DNA of 64,000 nucleotides from Hydrurus foetidus. Lineage: Eukaryota. Each line of letters begins with the position of its first letter. The stretch's first letter is position 1. The notes below the pieces were generated by a model. The model saw only the letters and a program-made list of their open reading frames with translations. It was not told where the DNA came from and made no database searches. The DNA lies in the NCBI GenBank assembly GCA_900617105.1, contig UYFQ01000006.1:806001-870000 (forward strand). The letters are read 5' to 3'. A program made the translations under genes and the position numbers. Below, in pieces: positions 16,937 through 25,736 of this stretch.

Positions 16937-19327
16937 ATGGTCAAGTCGATTCACAAGCTCCCGTCAGATTTGCAATCCCTGCCGTCGCCCGGCTTGCTGA
17001 ATGCGCCGGTGCTGGATTTGATGTGTTCGCACTTTGTGCTGGCCTTGGCAGCCAAGCAAGGCCTGAAGTTCAATGTCAGGCGCGATTTCAACAGCCTGCT
17101 GGCACTCGCTGGCAAGCATTTGGTGTGGCCCGTGCCTGCCATGCAGCGCTTGCGCGAATTTTTGAGTCGCCGGTGCAAAGACAACGATTTTTGGCGCGGC
17201 CATGAAGCGCTTTCTATGCACGATTTCATGGATCGACACGGTGTATGGCGTGGTCCGTACGAAGAAGGCACGCTGTTTTTTTACCTTGACGAGTACGCCA
17301 AAGACCAGCCCAAAGATCTGTTGTCCGTCTTGGCCGTCACCGGCGAATGGTTGATGCAGGCGCTTAAAAAGCAAAGTACGTTGGTCGAAAAAAACATCGA
17401 TGCACTCTCGGGACTGTTACAGCTCAATCGCGCCGAGCGTGCCCTGTTGCTCTATGGCACGCTGGCACGCTATCAGCGCGATTTGCGCAGTCTGCTGGTC
17501 GAGTTCAAAGTCAAGAATGCCCCCGAGGCCTACGCTGCACTGGCCGAGGTAGCTGGTGTCAAGCCCGCCGAAGTGGGCGAGGCGCTGCGTGCGGGTTCAC
17601 GCCTGGAGCGCATTGGTTTGGTTGAAAACCTGATTTCCGAGCACAACATCACTGATCTGGGTGACCTGATGAAAGTCAGCGAAAAACTGCCCACTGTGCT
17701 GATGCGCGAATACCGCGACAAAGCCGAGTTAATGGCCGTATTTACCCGTCCGTCCACCAAAACTACACTGGCTTTGAGCGATTTCACTTATGTGCAAGAC
17801 GATGCCCAGGTGCTCTGCACTCTGTTGCGCAACGCAGTGGTTCGCAAAGAGGCCGGTGTGAATGTGCTGCTCTATGGCCCGCCCGGTACCGGCAAAACCG
17901 AGTTGGCAAAGGTGGTTGCCTACGCCGCAGGTCTGGAGCTTTTCGAGGTGGAATACGCTGACCGTGACGGCAACTCCCTCAGCGGGCGTGATCGCTACCG
18001 TTCGTTGCAAATCGCCCAGGTGTTTTTGAAAGGCAGCCGCAACGCCGCCCTGCTGTTTGACGAGGTGGAAGACGTGTTTCCCCCCATCAGCAGCGAAGCC
18101 GCGCAACTGATGGCCCGCACCGACCAACTCGCAGCCCCCGGCAATGGCAGCGTGAACGGCAAAGCCTGGGTCAACCAAATTTTGGAATCCAACGCTGTGC
18201 CTACGCTGTGGGTGACGAACCGTATCGAGCAAATTGACCCCGCCTTTCGCCGCCGCTTTGCCTACCACCTGGAGCTGAAATCACCCCCGCCCGGTGCCCG
18301 CGAAGGCGTGGTACGCAAGACCTTAGAGGGCGTAGCTGTCAGCGATGCCTTCGTCGCTAAACTCACAGATCGCAAAGGACTGACGCCCGCGCAAATTCGC
18401 ACAGCAGTGAAGTTCGCCGGATTGGTACAAGCGGAGGCTTGCCCCACCCGCGTTCGCAAAACCCTCAAACCCAGTAACCCTAGTGCAAAAACCATAGCTG
18501 CTAACGCCCAACGAACCAGCACCTTAGAGGGTTTGATTGAGCGGCAACTCAAAAATGCAGATTTGGCTTTAGGTAACCGTAATGGTGAGCAGCAAGGGCG
18601 GCGCAGCGTCACCACCTACGACCTGGACATGCTCAACGTGGAAAGCCGCTTTGACATCCCCCGCATCGTCCAAGCCTTGAAAGCCCGTGGTCACGGTGCG
18701 CTGTGTTTTTACGGCGCACCCGGCACCGGCAAAACCGCGCTCGCTGAGCACATCGCCAAAGCGCTCGATAAACCGCTCATCATCAAGCAGGCGAGTGATC
18801 TCGTCAGCAAATTCGTGGGTGAAACCGAGCAAAACATGGCAGCCATGTTTCGCGAAGCCGAGGCCGAACAAGCCGTGCTGCTGCTCGACGAGGCCGACAG
18901 CTTCTTGCAAGACCGGCGCGGTGCCCAGCGCACCTACGAAGTCACCGAAGTGAACGAGATGCTGCAAGGCATGGAGCGCTACAACGGTATTTTCGTTTGC
19001 ACCACCAACCTGCTCGACCGCATCGACCAGGCTGCGCTGCGCCGCTTCACTTTCAAAATCAAGTTCAAACCATTGACAGCCGTCCAGCGCGAGCGTATGT
19101 TCATCACCGAGGCGCTGGCGGGCAAAGAAGCTGGTTTTACCGATGTGCTGAAAGCCCGCCTTGCCAAACTCGATCAGCTCTGCCCCGGCGATTTCGCGGC
19201 GGTGAAGCGGCAGGTGGATATTTTGGCCACCGAATTCTCCACCGATGAATTCATGGACCAACTGGAAGCCGAACACCGCATCAAACCCGAGGTGCGAGAG
19301 TCACGAAGCATGGGTTTTTTACAGTAA
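16937..19327 (+). CDS. Tandem (double) AAA+ ATPase with long N-terminal domain
   Basis: RBS GGAGGT; Walker A GPPGTGKT and GAPGTGKT; Walker B LLFDEVED and LLLDEADS; DPAFRRRF and DQAALRRF arginine fingers. Confidence 0.92.
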   Translation: MVKSIHKLPSDLQSLPSPGLLNAPVLDLMCSHFVLALAAKQGLKFNVRRDFNSLLALAGKHLVWPVPAMQRLREFLSRRCKDNDFWRGHEALSMHDFMDRHGVWRGPYEEGTLFFYLDEYAKDQPKDLLSVLAVTGEWLMQALKKQSTLVEKNIDALSGLLQLNRAERALLLYGTLARYQRDLRSLLVEFKVKNAPEAYAALAEVAGVKPAEVGEALRAGSRLERIGLVENLISEHNITDLGDLMKVSEKLPTVLMREYRDKAELMAVFTRPSTKTTLALSDFTYVQDDAQVLCTLLRNAVVRKEAGVNVLLYGPPGTGKTELAKVVAYAAGLELFEVEYADRDGNSLSGRDRYRSLQIAQVFLKGSRNAALLFDEVEDVFPPISSEAAQLMARTDQLAAPGNGSVNGKAWVNQILESNAVPTLWVTNRIEQIDPAFRRRFAYHLELKSPPPGAREGVVRKTLEGVAVSDAFVAKLTDRKGLTPAQIRTAVKFAGLVQAEACPTRVRKTLKPSNPSAKTIAANAQRTSTLEGLIERQLKNADLALGNRNGEQQGRRSVTTYDLDMLNVESRFDIPRIVQALKARGHGALCFYGAPGTGKTALAEHIAKALDKPLIIKQASDLVSKFVGETEQNMAAMFREAEAEQAVLLLDEADSFLQDRRGAQRTYEVTEVNEMLQGMERYNGIFVCTTNLLDRIDQAALRRFTFKIKFKPLTAVQRERMFITEALAGKEAGFTDVLKARLAKLDQLCPGDFAAVKRQVDILATEFSTDEFMDQLEAEHRIKPEVRESRSMGFLQ
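18482..18538 (+). repeat. Dispersed element in linker between the two AAA modules
   Basis: AGTGC-AAAAACC-ATAGC-TGCTAACGC-CCAACGAAC-CAGCACCTTAGAGGGTTTGATT. Confidence 0.6.
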
Positions 19328-19385
19328 AAATGGCCACGTCGGTAGGGGCTGGAGACGGGCATAAGGCATACAGGGAGCGGTGCGC

Positions 19386-20741
19386 ATGACCAGCAAGAGT
19401 TTGCCGAAACGGTGGCTTGACCCACGTGGTCAAAGTCGAAAGCATGGTTTGCGTATGCGCCGCGCGCTGCTGGTGTGGAGCGCCGCCTTGGTCATCGCAT
19501 TCCTGGGGTGGGCGGCGTATTTCGGTGCCAACGGTGTTTGGTGGATTATGTGCGTGGATGTGATGATGGCCGCTGTGGCATCCGGTGGTGCCCTCCTTAC
19601 GCTGCGTGGCCACACACGCAGTGCTGCGCTAGCGATGGTAAGCAGTTTGTTTGCTGTGCTGTGCGTGATTTGTCTGGTGCAAGACATTCCCAGTGCTCAG
19701 GCACCGCGTTCTGTTCACCACTTTTTCCTGGTGGTGGGCATAGGCACTTTTTTGATGTTCAGAGGTGAGTCTCCGTGGTTGCGCCATGGGGTTCCGCTCG
19801 TGTGCTTGAGCGCCTTTTTTGCGTTTGCCAGCACCACATGGGGCATAGTCACCCCTTACGCTTTGTCAGACGAGGTGCGTATCCCCGGCACCTGGATCAA
19901 CAACGCCATTGCGCTGGTGGTGCTGTACACGTTCCTCCATGTCATGCAATCCAACATGACCGAAAACAGCACCATGGCGGCAGACCTGCGCAAAGCCTTG
20001 CACGCCAACCAGTTCGTGCTGCACTACCAGCCCCAAACTGGTGACGAGGGCCATATCGCCGGTGCTGAAGCGCTGCTGCGCTGGCAGCACCCCGTGCACG
20101 GCATGGTGTCACCCGTCGACTTCATCCCCGTGGCCGAGCAAACCGGTCTGATCTTGCCCTTGGGCCACTGGGTGCTGGGCACGGCGTGTGCGCAGTTGGT
20201 CGCGTGGTCACACAACCCCGTCACCTCCGCGTTGACGCTGGCCGTGAACGTCAGCGCCCAGCAGTTCAAACAACCTGATTACGTGAACCAAGTGCTATCG
20301 GTGCTCGCCCGCTCAGGGGCCACGCCCTCGCTGTTGAAGCTGGAGTTGACAGAAAGCATGTTGGTCAACGATGTGCAAGACATCATCACCAAAATGACCG
20401 CCCTCAAAGCCCACGGCGTGCGCCTTTCGCTGGACGACTTTGGCACCGGCTACTCGTCCCTAAGCTACTTGAAGAAGCTGCCACTCGATCAACTCAAAAT
20501 CGACCAATCCTTTGTGCGCGATGTCTTGATCGACTCCAGCGACGCAGCCATCGCCCGCACCGTGGTCACACTGGCCCACGGCATGGGGCTGCAAGTAATT
20601 GCCGAGGGCGTAGAAACCGAAGGGCAAAGAGCCTTTTTGGCAGAGATCGGCTGCTTGGCGATCCAGGGGTATCTGCTGAGCAGGCCTGTGCCCATTGCGG
20701 CGTTTGATGCGTTTGTGGCGGGGTATGGGGCAGCCGCATGA
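19386..20741 (+). CDS. Membrane-anchored EAL-domain c-di-GMP phosphodiesterase (no GGDEF)
   Basis: Multi-TM N-terminus; HYQPQ, AEALLRW, AVNVS, LELTES, LDDFGTGYSSL, KIDQSFV, AEGVET. Confidence 0.9.
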   Translation: MTSKSLPKRWLDPRGQSRKHGLRMRRALLVWSAALVIAFLGWAAYFGANGVWWIMCVDVMMAAVASGGALLTLRGHTRSAALAMVSSLFAVLCVICLVQDIPSAQAPRSVHHFFLVVGIGTFLMFRGESPWLRHGVPLVCLSAFFAFASTTWGIVTPYALSDEVRIPGTWINNAIALVVLYTFLHVMQSNMTENSTMAADLRKALHANQFVLHYQPQTGDEGHIAGAEALLRWQHPVHGMVSPVDFIPVAEQTGLILPLGHWVLGTACAQLVAWSHNPVTSALTLAVNVSAQQFKQPDYVNQVLSVLARSGATPSLLKLELTESMLVNDVQDIITKMTALKAHGVRLSLDDFGTGYSSLSYLKKLPLDQLKIDQSFVRDVLIDSSDAAIARTVVTLAHGMGLQVIAEGVETEGQRAFLAEIGCLAIQGYLLSRPVPIAAFDAFVAGYGAAA

Positions 20742-20756
20742 CGAGAATTCGGGCTG

Positions 20757-21830
20757 TTATTTGACTGCTGAAGGGGTGTTTTGTAGCACCTCGGCCAGTT
20801 CTTTTTTCCAGAATTTGGCCTGTGCTGTCGTGCCATGCCCCGCCGTGAACTCACTGCCAGGAATCAGCAAAATACGTCCCTTCTTCACCCGTTTGATTTC
20901 CCGTTCCAGTACCCCCAACTCTGGTGGATTGCGCTCATCGTCTGCGGAATTAATAGCAAGCAGCGTAGCTTGAATGCGCTCTAGCCCCGCAGAGGGGTTG
21001 AAATCTCGTGATGAATCCCATTGGTACAGCAGGTCATTAGCATCCCCTGTGAATGGAGCTTTTAAGCGCTGGTCTAGCAGCGCATCGGCTTTCGCGCGCG
21101 TAGGGGCCGCTTTGTACAGTGCTTGGTTGCCGCCCAACGTCGCCATGCCGTAAAACACGGACGCAAACTGTGCACTGGGTGGCTGTTGCGTGTAGTTGCC
21201 GTTCTGCCATGTTGGGTCATTGCGGATGGAGTCTGTAATCAGGCGGCGTAGCATCCAGTTACGGCCTGACATCTCCACCGGCAGTGATGCCATTGGCACT
21301 GCCACATCCATGAATTCAGGGTGCTTTTGCGCCCAGATCCAGGTCTGCATGCCGCCCATCGAATTACCAATCAGCAGCCGTAAATGCCGCACGCCCAAGT
21401 GTTCTGTGACGAGCCGGTATTGCGCGTCAGCCATGTCGTCGTAGTTGTACTTTGGAAACCTGGCACGCAGACCGTCAGACGGCTTGCTGGACTTGCCCGT
21501 GCCAATCGCATCCGGCAAGATCACGTAATACCGGCTCGCATCCAGCGGCTGCCCCGGCCCAAACAGCTCCCCTCCAAACGCTGCCCCCAGCATTCCTGTG
21601 CCCGACCCCGCCGTGCCATGCAACACCAACACTGGCTCACCTGTAGGGGCACCCAAGGTTGTGTAGTGCAAGCGTAATTCTGGCAGTACCTCGCCGGTGT
21701 GAAACCTGAAATCACGAACAACCCAATCGCCTTCTTTGGGGCTGGGTGCGTCAGCGGCGAAGCCGGTGAGGGCCGTCATTGACAGCGTCATGGCCAAGGC
21801 TGTTTGGCTAAGGAGTTTCTGGGGAATCAT
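20757..21830 (-). CDS. Exported alpha/beta hydrolase, homoserine O-acetyltransferase (MetX)-like fold
   Basis: Signal peptide; LRLHYTTLG, LVLHGT, GNSMGG nucleophile elbow, C-terminal GHGT. Confidence 0.85.
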   Translation of the reverse strand: MIPQKLLSQTALAMTLSMTALTGFAADAPSPKEGDWVVRDFRFHTGEVLPELRLHYTTLGAPTGEPVLVLHGTAGSGTGMLGAAFGGELFGPGQPLDASRYYVILPDAIGTGKSSKPSDGLRARFPKYNYDDMADAQYRLVTEHLGVRHLRLLIGNSMGGMQTWIWAQKHPEFMDVAVPMASLPVEMSGRNWMLRRLITDSIRNDPTWQNGNYTQQPPSAQFASVFYGMATLGGNQALYKAAPTRAKADALLDQRLKAPFTGDANDLLYQWDSSRDFNPSAGLERIQATLLAINSADDERNPPELGVLEREIKRVKKGRILLIPGSEFTAGHGTTAQAKFWKKELAEVLQNTPSAVK

Positions 21831-21947
21831 GCGTGTCTCTTTCGTTCGTAGTGGCCTGTGGCCTTATGCGGTGTGATTCTCCTTGAATTTGGGGGATGGT
21901 GCCGTGGGGTATGTGGGGTGTGCTGTAGCTATGGCGCTTCGTGTTGA

Positions 21948-22006
21948 CTTAGAAAATGGCCTGGTTAAGCCCGACAGCTTGCTAGACGCACTACAAAAAT
22001 CAGAGC
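21948..22006 (-). repeat. Dispersed element at left edge of ABC/monooxygenase island
   Basis: Reverse complement: GCTCT-GATTTTT-GTAGT-GCGTCTAGC-AAGCTGTCG-GGCTTAACCAGGCCATTTTC. Confidence 0.65.
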
Positions 22007-22162
22007 AAACCACGCTGCTCCGCTTCCTCTTCGGCCTGGGCATTTGCCTGCTCAAAACCATTGCAACGCATTTATTGAAGTGCGCGAACTGAAACCCGTA
22101 TTTACCCCTAGCCCATTAATTTTTATCAAGATTACACTACATTTGTTTTAGATGCATATCAA

Positions 22163-22180
22163 TGTTTCTAATGCGAAACA
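22163..22180. promoter_or_regulatory. Putative IclR-type operator for the island operon
   Basis: TGTTTC-TAATGC-GAAACA inverted repeat in an AT-rich promoter, with related TGTTTTAGATGC just upstream. Confidence 0.5.
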
Positions 22181-22258
22181 AATTAAAGCAGGATGGCTGA
22201 TGTACTGGAATGTCGTGTCTGTCCCCCGAGCAACTGTGCACTTTTTCTGGAGATTCTT

Positions 22259-23335
22259 ATGCCTTACCGTCGTTCTGCGCATCCCTTTCGCTGGGTCTGG
22301 CGCGTGACAGGCAAGTTTGTTGTCATGATGCTGGTGGCAGGTGTTTGGGCAGCATCGGCCTACGCGCAGCAGGGTGGCAGCGACGCTGTAGGCTCGAATG
22401 ATCAGTGCGGCAAATTCAACTTCAGCAAGCACCCAGCGCAGCCCGTGAAGATCCGTTATGGCCTCACCGGCGGTGGTGAGGAGCCCCTGGCCTTGCTGTG
22501 GGCGGACAAGGCCAGATACCCGAGCAACGGCAAGTTCTACCTGTTGGAGCCGCAGCTGTTCTCAGGCAACGACCGCATGACGGCCGTGCAATCTGGCCAG
22601 TTGGATGCCGGTTCCATCAGCTTGACTGCGCTGGTGACTGGAGTACGTGTTGGGTTGGATTTGCGTGCAGTGGCATCGGTGGTCGAGACCAACGACACCG
22701 ATAACCAGGGTGCCTTTGTTGTGCTGCAGGACAGTGGCATCACAAGTGCCGACCAGTTCAAGGGCAAGCGCATCGGCTTCTACGGCCCGAATACGATCAG
22801 TGAATACTGGATCAAGAGCGCGCTGCGCCGCGCGGGTGTGAAGGCAGGTGAAGCGCAATATGTGTCCATGCCACCACCGGCTCAGGAGCAGGCGCTGCGC
22901 AACAAGCAGATCGACGTGGCATGGCTGTCGCGCCAGTTTCTGGCTAAAGCGCAGAAGGCGGGTGGCATCCAAGTCATCCTGCGGCCGATCCAGGCAACAC
23001 AGCAGGCGCATCCCAGCACGTTGGTGTTCTTCACGCAGAAGTTCGTCGCGGCCAATCCCGAGGCGTACTGCGCATGGCGCAGCGATTACCAGAAGGCCCT
23101 GGGCGACTGGAAGCAGGACCGCACCAGCCTTTACCCCAAGCTGATTGCTGCGAGCTACCTCACTCCCGGCGCTGCAGACGCGGGGCCGGATGGTGGACGG
23201 GCCGAGGGTGGTCGCATCAACGTGCGTGACGTGCAAGAAACGATCAATGACATGGTCGATTCAGGCTTTCTGCCGGCGGCCCGCACGGCCCGTGCGGATG
23301 AACTCGTACTTAAGGGCTACGCGCTGCGCAAATAG
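22259..23335 (+). CDS. ABC transporter substrate-binding protein (SsuA/TauA/THI5-like)
   Basis: Signal peptide, AVQSGQLDAG, SGITSADQFKGKRIG, ALRNKQIDVA; start uncertain (22193, 22259 or later). Confidence 0.88.
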   Translation: MPYRRSAHPFRWVWRVTGKFVVMMLVAGVWAASAYAQQGGSDAVGSNDQCGKFNFSKHPAQPVKIRYGLTGGGEEPLALLWADKARYPSNGKFYLLEPQLFSGNDRMTAVQSGQLDAGSISLTALVTGVRVGLDLRAVASVVETNDTDNQGAFVVLQDSGITSADQFKGKRIGFYGPNTISEYWIKSALRRAGVKAGEAQYVSMPPPAQEQALRNKQIDVAWLSRQFLAKAQKAGGIQVILRPIQATQQAHPSTLVFFTQKFVAANPEAYCAWRSDYQKALGDWKQDRTSLYPKLIAASYLTPGAADAGPDGGRAEGGRINVRDVQETINDMVDSGFLPAARTARADELVLKGYALRK

Positions 23336-23407
23336 CGGGCGCGAACCTCTGGCAACGGCCTATCTCCCTGTTTATCTCTAGCTGCACTTCAAGAGACGTT
23401 CAAGACC

Positions 23408-24166
23408 ATGCTGACCATCAATTCGGTTGTAAAGAAATTCAAGCGCGGAATGCACGTGGTTCACGCGCTGGGCCCGGTCGACCTGCGGATCCAGCAGGGC
23501 GAGTTTGTGACGATCCTCGGCCCCAGCGGTTGCGGAAAAACCACCTTGCTGCACATGCTGGGCGGCTTTGAAACGCCGACCTCGGGCACGGTGGAAATCC
23601 ACGGCCAGCCCATCACGAAGCCGAGTCGCAAGCTCGGCATGGTGTTCCAGGAGGCCACGCTGTTCCCCTGGAAGACTGTCTTGCAGAACATCGCGTGGCC
23701 TATTGAGCAGACGGGCGCAAGCCGGGCTGAAGCGCTCGATCGGGCGACCGAATACCTCAACAAGGTGGGCCTGCACCGCTTTGGCAATGCCTACCCTATC
23801 GAACTTTCTGGCGGCATGCGGCAGCGCGCTGCGCTGGCTCGCACCCTGGCTATGCAGCCCGAAGTGCTGTTGATGGACGAGCCCTTCGGCGCCCTGGATG
23901 CGCAAACCAGAGAAGAGATGCAGGAGGAGCTGACCCGCATGTGGCAGGCCTCAGGGCTGACCGTGATCTTCATCACGCATGACATTCCAGAGTCGATCTT
24001 TCTGGGGGATCGGGTCGTGGTGCTTGGCGGCAAGCCGGGCACCGTGATTGAGGATTGCCGCATCGATCTGCCACGGCCGCGCACCAACGCAACCAAGTTG
24101 GATCCAAAAGTGCAGGAGTACCGCGCTCACCTGTGGGATCTGATCCGCCGCGCGTCTGCGGCCTAG
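23408..24166 (+). CDS. ABC transporter ATP-binding protein (TauB/SsuB-like)
   Basis: GPSGCGKT, LSGGMRQR, LLMDEPFGALD. Confidence 0.95.
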   Translation: MLTINSVVKKFKRGMHVVHALGPVDLRIQQGEFVTILGPSGCGKTTLLHMLGGFETPTSGTVEIHGQPITKPSRKLGMVFQEATLFPWKTVLQNIAWPIEQTGASRAEALDRATEYLNKVGLHRFGNAYPIELSGGMRQRAALARTLAMQPEVLLMDEPFGALDAQTREEMQEELTRMWQASGLTVIFITHDIPESIFLGDRVVVLGGKPGTVIEDCRIDLPRPRTNATKLDPKVQEYRAHLWDLIRRASAA

Positions 24167-24176
24167 GGTTCTGGCC

Positions 24177-24959
24177 ATGAAAATATCAAACACCAAGCAG
24201 CAGGGTAACCTGTTGGGCATCACTTTCGGATTTCTGACGGTGCTTTTGTTGGGCTGGGAACTCGCCAGCCGCAGGGAAGGCGTACCAAGTTACTTCCTCG
24301 GTCCGCTGGCCATTGTCAACGCAGCCGGCGAGAAAGTGCTACACGGCGAAGTGCTGGCGCAAATGCTGCGCAGCGTGACGCGCGCCTATGCGGGTTTTCT
24401 GATCGGCGGCCTGGTGGGGGTGGCGCTGGGGCTGCTCTCGGGCGTGTCGCGCACCGTGCGGGCGCTGTTCGATATGCCGCAGGCCTTCCTGCATGCCATT
24501 CCCAAGATATCGCTGTTTCCGGCCGTCGCGGTTTGGCTTGGGTTTTCCGATACGTCACGCATCCTTCTCATTGCGCTGAGCTGCTTTTTCCCCGCCTATC
24601 TGAATGCCATGAGCGGTGCGATGGGCATCAACCCGCGCTACCTTTGGTTGAGCCGCAACAACGAAGTGGGTGCTGTGCGCACCTTCTTTCAGGTCGTGCT
24701 GCCTGCCTGCCTGCCGCGCACGATGGTGGGATTGCGGATTAGCCTGATGGTGGCCTTCATCCTGATGGTGGCGACCGAGGTGGCTGGACAATCCGACGGG
24801 CTTGGGTCGGTGGTAATGCTGGCCTACCAGGATGGTAGCTATCGGCAGATGTACGCTGGGATCCTGGTAATCGCGCTGGCGGGCTACTTGTCCAACTTGG
24901 CCTTAGAGCGGACGGCTGCGTGGCTGTGCCGTGGGCACACCATGGAATTCGGGGGCTGA
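24177..24959 (+). CDS. ABC transporter permease (SsuC/TauC-like)
   Basis: Multi-TM, IPKISLFP, VVLPACLP, VATE...GLG. Confidence 0.92.
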   Translation: MKISNTKQQGNLLGITFGFLTVLLLGWELASRREGVPSYFLGPLAIVNAAGEKVLHGEVLAQMLRSVTRAYAGFLIGGLVGVALGLLSGVSRTVRALFDMPQAFLHAIPKISLFPAVAVWLGFSDTSRILLIALSCFFPAYLNAMSGAMGINPRYLWLSRNNEVGAVRTFFQVVLPACLPRTMVGLRISLMVAFILMVATEVAGQSDGLGSVVMLAYQDGSYRQMYAGILVIALAGYLSNLALERTAAWLCRGHTMEFGG

Positions 24960-24962
24960 GTC

Positions 24963-25721
24963 ATGTTCAAGTTCAATGGAATGCACCTGAAGCTCGCGGG
25001 TGTCGTACTCTTCCTAGCGCTCTGGCATGGGTTCGCCCTGGTCAGCGGTACGCGGATGTTTCCAGGCCTGGATGTCATCGCGCAGCAGCTGTTTGAGTTG
25101 CTGAAAAGCGGAGAACTGCTGGACAACGCGGAGTCCACCCTGTCCAGAGGCTTTGCGGGCCTGCTGTGCGCCGTGCTGCTGGGGGCCGTGTGCGGGGTGC
25201 TGTGCGCACGCAACCGTTACGTTGATGCGGCGCTGCATCCGATCATCTCGGTGCTGTACCCGGTGCCCAAGCTCGCGCTTTATCCGGTCGTCATTCTGAT
25301 CTTCGGTCTTGGCGCGTCGTCGAAGGTGGTTCAGGTCACGCTGGAGTGCTTCTTTCCGATATTCGTGCAGATGTACGCCGGTGCCCGCGCCGTGCCGAAG
25401 AACATGGCTTGGCTGGCGGCCAACAACGAAGTCAATTCCTGGCGCTTTGCACGCGACGTGCTCTGGCCTTCGATGCTGCCGTATCTGCTGACGGGGCTGC
25501 GCGTGGCGACGCCAATCATGCTTATCGTCATGTGTGTCACCGAGTTCGTTGGCGAGTCGCGTGGCCTGGGTTACCTCATCGTTCTCTACTCGTCGTACTT
25601 CGACACCGCATCTGCTTTTGCGGTGATCTTTTTCTTCGGTCTGCTCGGGTTGGTCGCCGACCGGCTGATCGTTTACGCCAGATCGCGCCTGATCTATTGG
25701 GAACGCGGTATCAACATTTAA
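24963..25721 (+). CDS. ABC transporter permease (SsuC/TauC-like)
   Basis: Multi-TM, VPKLALYP, VLWPSMLP, VTEFVGESRGLG. Confidence 0.92.
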   Translation: MFKFNGMHLKLAGVVLFLALWHGFALVSGTRMFPGLDVIAQQLFELLKSGELLDNAESTLSRGFAGLLCAVLLGAVCGVLCARNRYVDAALHPIISVLYPVPKLALYPVVILIFGLGASSKVVQVTLECFFPIFVQMYAGARAVPKNMAWLAANNEVNSWRFARDVLWPSMLPYLLTGLRVATPIMLIVMCVTEFVGESRGLGYLIVLYSSYFDTASAFAVIFFFGLLGLVADRLIVYARSRLIYWERGINI

Positions 25722-25736
25722 TGTGAAGGAGTCATC

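Noticed and set aside
21864..22092. Short ORFs 21864-22061 (-) and 21883-22092 (+)
   Set aside because: They run through a dispersed-element copy and a probable gene remnant, and have no coding hallmarks.
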